From the NCBI GenBank assembly GCA_910592345.1, contig CAJVPI010000209.1:1-42404 (forward strand): a stretch of 42,404 nt of DNA, in the 5' to 3' direction. A program made the position numbers and the translations under genes. Below the pieces are notes generated by a model that worked only from the letters and a program-made list of their open reading frames with translations, ran no database searches and was not told the origin of the DNA. This document shows, piece after piece, positions 36,701 through 42,404 of this stretch (positions within the stretch are counted from its first letter, which is position 1; every line of letters starts with the position of its first letter). This DNA comes from Paraglomus brasilianum (lineage: Eukaryota).

Positions 36701-38171
36701 ATAATTACTTTCACAGTTATTCCAACTTGGCTTTACTTATTCTAAAGTTTTCCGACAGTACGTACGCAAGCAATACTTTGAAACGTGAACATAACCCACT
36801 CATCAGGTTGAAGTTCAAGATATGGTGCAGTTAATGTATTTCTATGAACTATCAACTTAACCACCCCACGAACTTACAGTTATTTTAATCTAATTTTGTC
36901 TGCAGTAGAAATTCTACTAAATTCTGCGTGCAATGTAATTTCTAACATTCACCGTTCACGGTTATTAGCATATAAACAGCGCAAAACTGGTACAAAAGTG
37001 AGAATCGTTTGCAGCTTACAAGAAAATATCCATCAAAGTTTTCTAGTTGCAGAGTCTCCCATATATATACAAGCTGTGTCCATTCTTTGTCGCCTTTAAT
37101 TGTTCCATCGTTGATATTCAACAGACTTGTACAAACTACAAGAGAGTGTAAATATATGAATACGAGCAACAAACTCGTTAATACTAGAATTTGATTACAA
37201 TGGCAACGTCACACTGGAGCAACCCGCGTAATAGTAATGCAATGTATAACTTCAGTTACGCGACTGCAAATTTTATTTCATATAATAATAACCACAACCA
37301 TCCCCGCTTCATGATTGTGTAGTGATTATAGTGTTTCTGCAATTTTCTTTCCATAGTAATATATAATAGTCTGGACCTTGTCTAAGGTTGAAAATTAAAA
37401 AGGCCAACCGCAGGCAGTACTTGGGTTGGTTACTTTCTTTCTAGAAAAACACCACGTAGGTTAAAACCGTATCTATTATTATTTGATAGGTTAAATAAAG
37501 CAAAGTTGTCACATTGGGCATGTTTTACATTATTACGATATAACCCTTGTTTTACTTACGTCGCTAGCTAGCCCTTGGTCTGTAAGTATAAGATTGAATA
37601 GAATCTGACAGCTACATAACTTTGATCGTATCAATTTCGGCATTGCATAAAAATTTGTTGATAGATTATTTCCATAATTTAAATCCGTCTTGTTCGATGC
37701 CACCAGCCAAAAACTTTCTTCGAACCATGTACTATTCAATATCCACGTAAACAGATGACCGTCAACTGGAAATTGCTTACTAACTTCCGTCGAAACAATC
37801 GAGAAGCCGACTCGGTAGTGGTAAATATTGCACTTTCAGTTTAAAAATTAATTTCATTTTCGTTTGGTGAACTAGACACAAAATTACACAATTCTCGTAT
37901 ACTGTGCGGTTGACTTTTTTAAAAGAGATTCAGTCTTTATCTGCATCTACTCTTATTGTTCAGATTCATTGATAGTTTGCACCTTGATCCTCTAATTCAA
38001 CATTGCCCGGACGAAAGTCAAAGTAGATCTATACGTACTCAAGTCAGACTATTTGTTATGTATTAAAGTCAGAAAGAAATCATCGGGCTGAAATATACAA
38101 GACTCACCATCAATACAGTTGTGCAATGTTTATTATAAACTATCAAGTTATCCGCCGAAAAAACATGCCAA

Positions 38172-38953
38172 TCATTCTGATCCAACAACCTTTGTAAGCT
38201 TTCCCTTGACTTTGTTCTCATAAATTTCAAATACGTCCTTGGCATCTTTCCCCAAAATAAAAAACCCTGATATAAAAGCATGCAAACAGTTATTGACAAT
38301 GATGCTCTGAAGATATCCATCTTGCTAATACACTTACCATGTCCACGCCTTACAAATACTTTGAATTGAGGATATGACCATTTACTCAAAAGGCTCATCA
38401 TAGCATCCATGTCTTCTCTAGTAGAAAATCTCGTCTCTTTCTCACTGACTGGGATTCCCAACTTCTCACAGATATCGTCATCGCCGACTACATGACCATG
38501 CATAGCAAATCCTGGTTTCTCTGACCATTGGAACATATCCGGTGCCCGGATGAGACATGCCCAGTATAGTGAAGTATCTGATGTTGGTTTAATGTTTTCG
38601 CTGGAGCTGTAGTACTCACATTGCCACGAATTTGTATCGAATTTATTTACGTAAGCAATATCTGATTTCAGTAGATTAGCGCGAGCTAGTTTTCCCGATT
38701 TCGTTGTTAATAGTGCCGCCGGAAGCGACAATGAGAAAGACGTAGGTACAACAGCACATGCATTTCCTCCTACGCGACCATCAGGCAAGACAGGCGCTGC
38801 ACCATTGTCTTCCAGAATGTTGAGAGCTTCTGAAAGACATTTGTGATACTCATCGAATAGAGATATATGCGGAAGTCGACCGCGGTAGATTAACGAGAAG
38901 AGAATACGCTGAGAGGTAGTTAAGGAAGACTTGGTCGATGCAGAATCGGTCAT
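38172..38953 (-). CDS. Divergent class II aldolase/adducin-head fold protein, one intron
   Basis: Motif order is VGGN, LLTTKSG, KPTSDT, AMHGH, RRGH|GFFILG. Removing the GTAAGT...CAG intron (~38268-38337) restores HGFFILGKDAKDVFEIYE...GSE*. This parallels the GN, T.SG, PSSE, HxH and HG motifs of the FucA/MtnB fold. Confidence 0.65.
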
Positions 38954-40307
38954 TAGTAAACCTACGGCTAAAGGAATACTATCCAATCATATAGTATAAA
39001 TTTGTACATAGGTAACTTGCCTTATACGTAAAATCGACACGCGCATTGATCACTTGAATAAAATGTGACAGATTAAAACAAAATCGGATTAAAATGAAAT
39101 TTTCTCAAAAAATTATTATTATTTTTTTTTGGGGGGGGATAGGATTTAGGGTAACTTTTATTAATAGAAGAGTATAGAAACATTAAATGGAGACCCCAAA
39201 TTTCATTTTAATCCGATTTCGTTTTAATTTGCCACAATGTCTTAAATAATACATCGTCTGCACGTACATTAAAAATATATTTATTCAAAAACTGTTGAGT
39301 AAAAAAATTCGGAATTGTTCCAATCGACAAATCGAAGTAATATCGCAGTTGTTGTTCCGGTATAGTTTCTCTCCTTGTTTGTAGGCTGCTGGCGTCAGGT
39401 CTATCGCTGAAAAAATCATTTTTTAGAGAAGAATAATTAAAATAAATACAAGAGAGTGACTTTAAAACTGGCATTATAAAAGATAAGGTATGGTATAACC
39501 TGGCAATCCAGAGCGTTAACATATTATGGAACATACACGACACGTAGCCGCATTCAATATTAGTTAAGGCCTTAATTTGAAGCGTGACACGTTAGTAAGG
39601 CTGTGTTTAGAGTTAAGTTGAGAATATCCTGGGTCACTAATTGTGTTATGATTCGCAATTTGTTGGAGTTGGGAAAGCGTAATTTATCTATTACTATTAC
39701 ATAGATGTGCTTGCAAACTGGGGGATAGTTACTGAACTTGGCTCGTACTACTACCATTACTCTAGCAGGTACGTTACTTAAAGCTAAACTACCGGCATTA
39801 TTTAGATCTTTCTCGAATATCTACTGCACTCATGCTGCAAAAACGATTATAACAACAAATTCTATAATTGCTGAATTGAGGGAATAATTTACTGTAATAT
39901 ATTAATTCTATGGCTAATACTCGACTTGCATGTTTGACTAGTCAATTAAATCCTAGACTCGCTTTTTTATTCTTACTAATAAAAGGTTTATTACGTAGAA
40001 TGGTATGAGTCTTTAATTTGTTAGATCGATTGGCGTTTCCTCAGCTATGACAAAGCTGTTATTCCCGTGCTATGCCGTTCGCGTTAATAGATAATCCGAT
40101 CATAATACTTGAATTAAAGAATTGTATTTGTTTCAGGGTGTATTCTTTTCTTTCAACACTTTATGAACTAGTAATGATTTAATCAAATAGACAATATAAT
40201 ATGGAATTATAATGGAATAATAATTCGACAATGGGAATCTTGGTCTTATTTATAACTCAACCGTGACTAAATATTTTATACGGTTTTCTTTGCTTTTGGT
40301 CTTTGTA

Positions 40308-41093
40308 CAGTCAACTCTCTCTAAATGCACTCTCCCTAGATGCACACTCTCCCTAAGTGCACAGTATTTCAAATTCCCAACCTCGGGAATTAGTGATAAA
40401 TGCACATTCTCCTTATTAACGGATTTCACAATCCCAAGGGTTATTATAAAATGAAAGTAATCCTCCGTAAATGCACGCACGTGATCCGATCTGGCATAAT
40501 TCTACACACTTGCATTGTAACATCAGGCAAGATATTTAGCGAATTAATCGTGATACTTAAATCAAGCCGTTAGTACCTTTTAACACCAGGTCATGTAACT
40601 GAGACACTAAATATATCAACGAATAAATTTTAACTACCGTAAGAACTCTTTAAGAAGGACACATTCGCGTAGTCATCATCTTAACAATTTGTTAACTAAT
40701 AGCTAGCATGATAATTGTGTTAAAACCTCGTCTTTCAATAAACGCCATACTTTTATTATGCCTCAGAAGTAAGGTTATTTGATCAGATGCTCAAAAATAT
40801 GAGCTTTATCTGTATGTTCACGATAATGAGAAAAATTGAACAGAACTGTTAATTGGGTTGAAAACAATGGAAAAGTCAGAGTTAATGAATCTGCAAAAGA
40901 ACAACTGAACATGGCAAACATTCTTGAAAGGTATATTAGAGAACGAGGAGCCAATATGATGCAACAGACAAGCATAGATCAGTATTTTACGCAAAATATC
41001 ATTATTAAATAGTATCACGTGATTTACCAATACAAACTTTCTAAATGCACACTCTCAAATTTTCAGTCCCGAGGGCGTGCATTTAGGAGAGTT
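40308..41093 (+). mobile_element. Internally deleted pogo/Tigger-like element
   Basis: The left end is TA followed by cagtcaactctctctaaatgcac, with subterminal ctaaatgcac/ctagatgcac/ctaagtgcac repeats. The right end gtgcatttaggagagtt is a truncated inverted copy. A residual transposase-like C-terminus (...MQQTSIDQYF) lies near 40960-40990. Confidence 0.75.
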
Positions 41094-41799
41094 CTTTTTT
41101 ATGCAAGATGCAGAGCATGGGAAACCGATCGTCGTCACGCAATTAGTTATGTCACTTAGAATACCCGCAAATATGCGGCAAAGAAGAATTCGCACGTAAA
41201 TATTTAAGATTTGCTATTCTGATAGCACGAATAGATTGAATTGGATTATTAACGTTCAAACGGTTTAGAGTTAGTGCGCCCGCAAAGGATGATAGCCAAC
41301 CATATGACGTATTCGTACGTAAAATGGTTGCGTGCATCTTGGGTCCATCAGTTTGGTGAGGAATCATAGTCTGTAAAGAATGGTCTAGAACCGCTATGAG
41401 GATCTGTTACAAGAACGTGTTCTTCCAAAAAAATTGCAGATACAAACGGAACGAAGAATTTAAAGTAACATTCTTTCTTGACACCTGATTTAGAAATTGA
41501 CTCTGTTATTATTATTATTATTATATGATACGGATTGATTCTGGAAAATCTGCGGCGAAAATCTCGAAATATGATTGGCTCCTTTTTTATGTGTGAATTT
41601 TTATTATGCCGCTAAAACCAAAAGTTTCATTAAGGTATAGCTCGAAGCATTAATAAATTTAATGAATTATCCTGCATATTAGTATCGGCCGGTAAGATCC
41701 GCATCTTTTTGAAAGCTAGTATGCAGGGACACACTTTGTAATGTGTGATGTAACACAATAATTGTTGAAATTGTTCTCTCGAGATGAAAAATTTTAACT

Positions 41800-42404
41800 A
41801 TGTCGCTAACGTCAGAAGTTGTTAATAATCCAGCAATTAACAATTTGGTTCAATCCTCCTTGGAAAGTGAATCCTTAAGACTTCAATGGTTTCCTTGCTC
41901 AGATATCGCCAACATAAAACCAACTCAAATTGGCAATGTTCATTACGCTACTCACAAACACACACTGTACGATGGTAGAGTCTATAAAACCATGATAATG
42001 TTACTATTAGTTGGAAACGATGAATCCTGTACACCAACACTTATGAGTGAGTTTGCTAGAATATACTCACTTCCGCCACACAAGTACAATAATGACAATA
42101 ACTTCAGACGATATTCCATATGGCTTAATCGTCGCAACGATCTCATAAAAGGGTTTACCAAGTATGATGATGACAACTACTACATGGTTGCTGATGAACG
42201 CTTTTACCATTGTTACTCTCGATATGGATTCTGCTCTGCATGTGGAATACTCCGATGTAGTCCAGTGTGGTGCATTTGTGGGCATAAAGAAATTTCCGAT
42301 GGATGGAATAGCAACAATAACCAACTTGATGAGTTTATTAAGAAATCTCAACTACAAACAAACTCACCAAATCATGCCTATTTGGAATGGATTCCATTCG
42401 ATTG
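41800..42404 (+). CDS. 5' part of a lineage-expanded kinase-family gene (runs off the window)
   Basis: Open frame from ATG 41800 to the window end: ...LRLQWFPCSDIANIK...YGFCSACGILRCSPVWCICG...WNSNNNQLDEFIKKSQLQT....YLEWIPFD. The W.S.N...D.FI...Q...LEWIPF motif is the usual lead-in to the kinase domain in this fungal family. The kinase domain itself is not in the window. Confidence 0.75.
   Translation, partial: MSLTSEVVNNPAINNLVQSSLESESLRLQWFPCSDIANIKPTQIGNVHYATHKHTLYDGRVYKTMIMLLLVGNDESCTPTLMSEFARIYSLPPHKYNNDNNFRRYSIWLNRRNDLIKGFTKYDDDNYYMVADERFYHCYSRYGFCSACGILRCSPVWCICGHKEISDGWNSNNNQLDEFIKKSQLQTNSPNHAYLEWIPFD

Noticed and set aside
33338..39153. Other short telomere-like words (ttaaccctga ~33339, taaccctt ~37541, ttagggta ~39146)
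   Set aside because: They are single short matches at chance level, with no tandem array or supporting structure.
41160..41430. + strand frame ending VCKEWSRTAMRICYKNVFF, reminiscent of an F-box end
   Set aside because: It is too short and interrupted by stops to support a call.

Overview
This is AT-rich, intron-containing eukaryotic DNA, most consistent with an early-diverging Mucoromycota fungus (Glomeromycotina or Endogonales type). That assignment is inferred from a kinase+Sel1 gene and an LEWIPF-type kinase N-terminus. In order, the window holds: a decayed Maverick/Polinton-type integrase; an intron-containing RSM22 pseudogene fragment; an APP1-like phosphatidate phosphatase; TFIIE-beta head-to-head with an ankyrin gene; a TKL kinase-Sel1 gene; a pogo/Tigger relic; a 711-bp Tc1-type MITE; three transcription-factor genes (short HLH-ZIP, YAP1/Pap1-like bZIP, full-length bHLH-ZIP); about 13 kb with no recognisable gene; a divergent class II aldolase-fold gene; a second pogo derivative; and the start of another kinase. 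The strongest lead is the ~100-aa HLH-ZIP at 19125-19727. It is an old inverted duplicate of the neighbouring bHLH-ZIP that keeps the dimerisation domain but has lost the DNA-binding residues, making it a candidate Id-like dominant-negative microProtein. A weaker lead is a telomerase-RNA-like hairpin/template/pseudoknot arrangement near 32.7 kb. All exon models and family calls were made by eye, without database searches.
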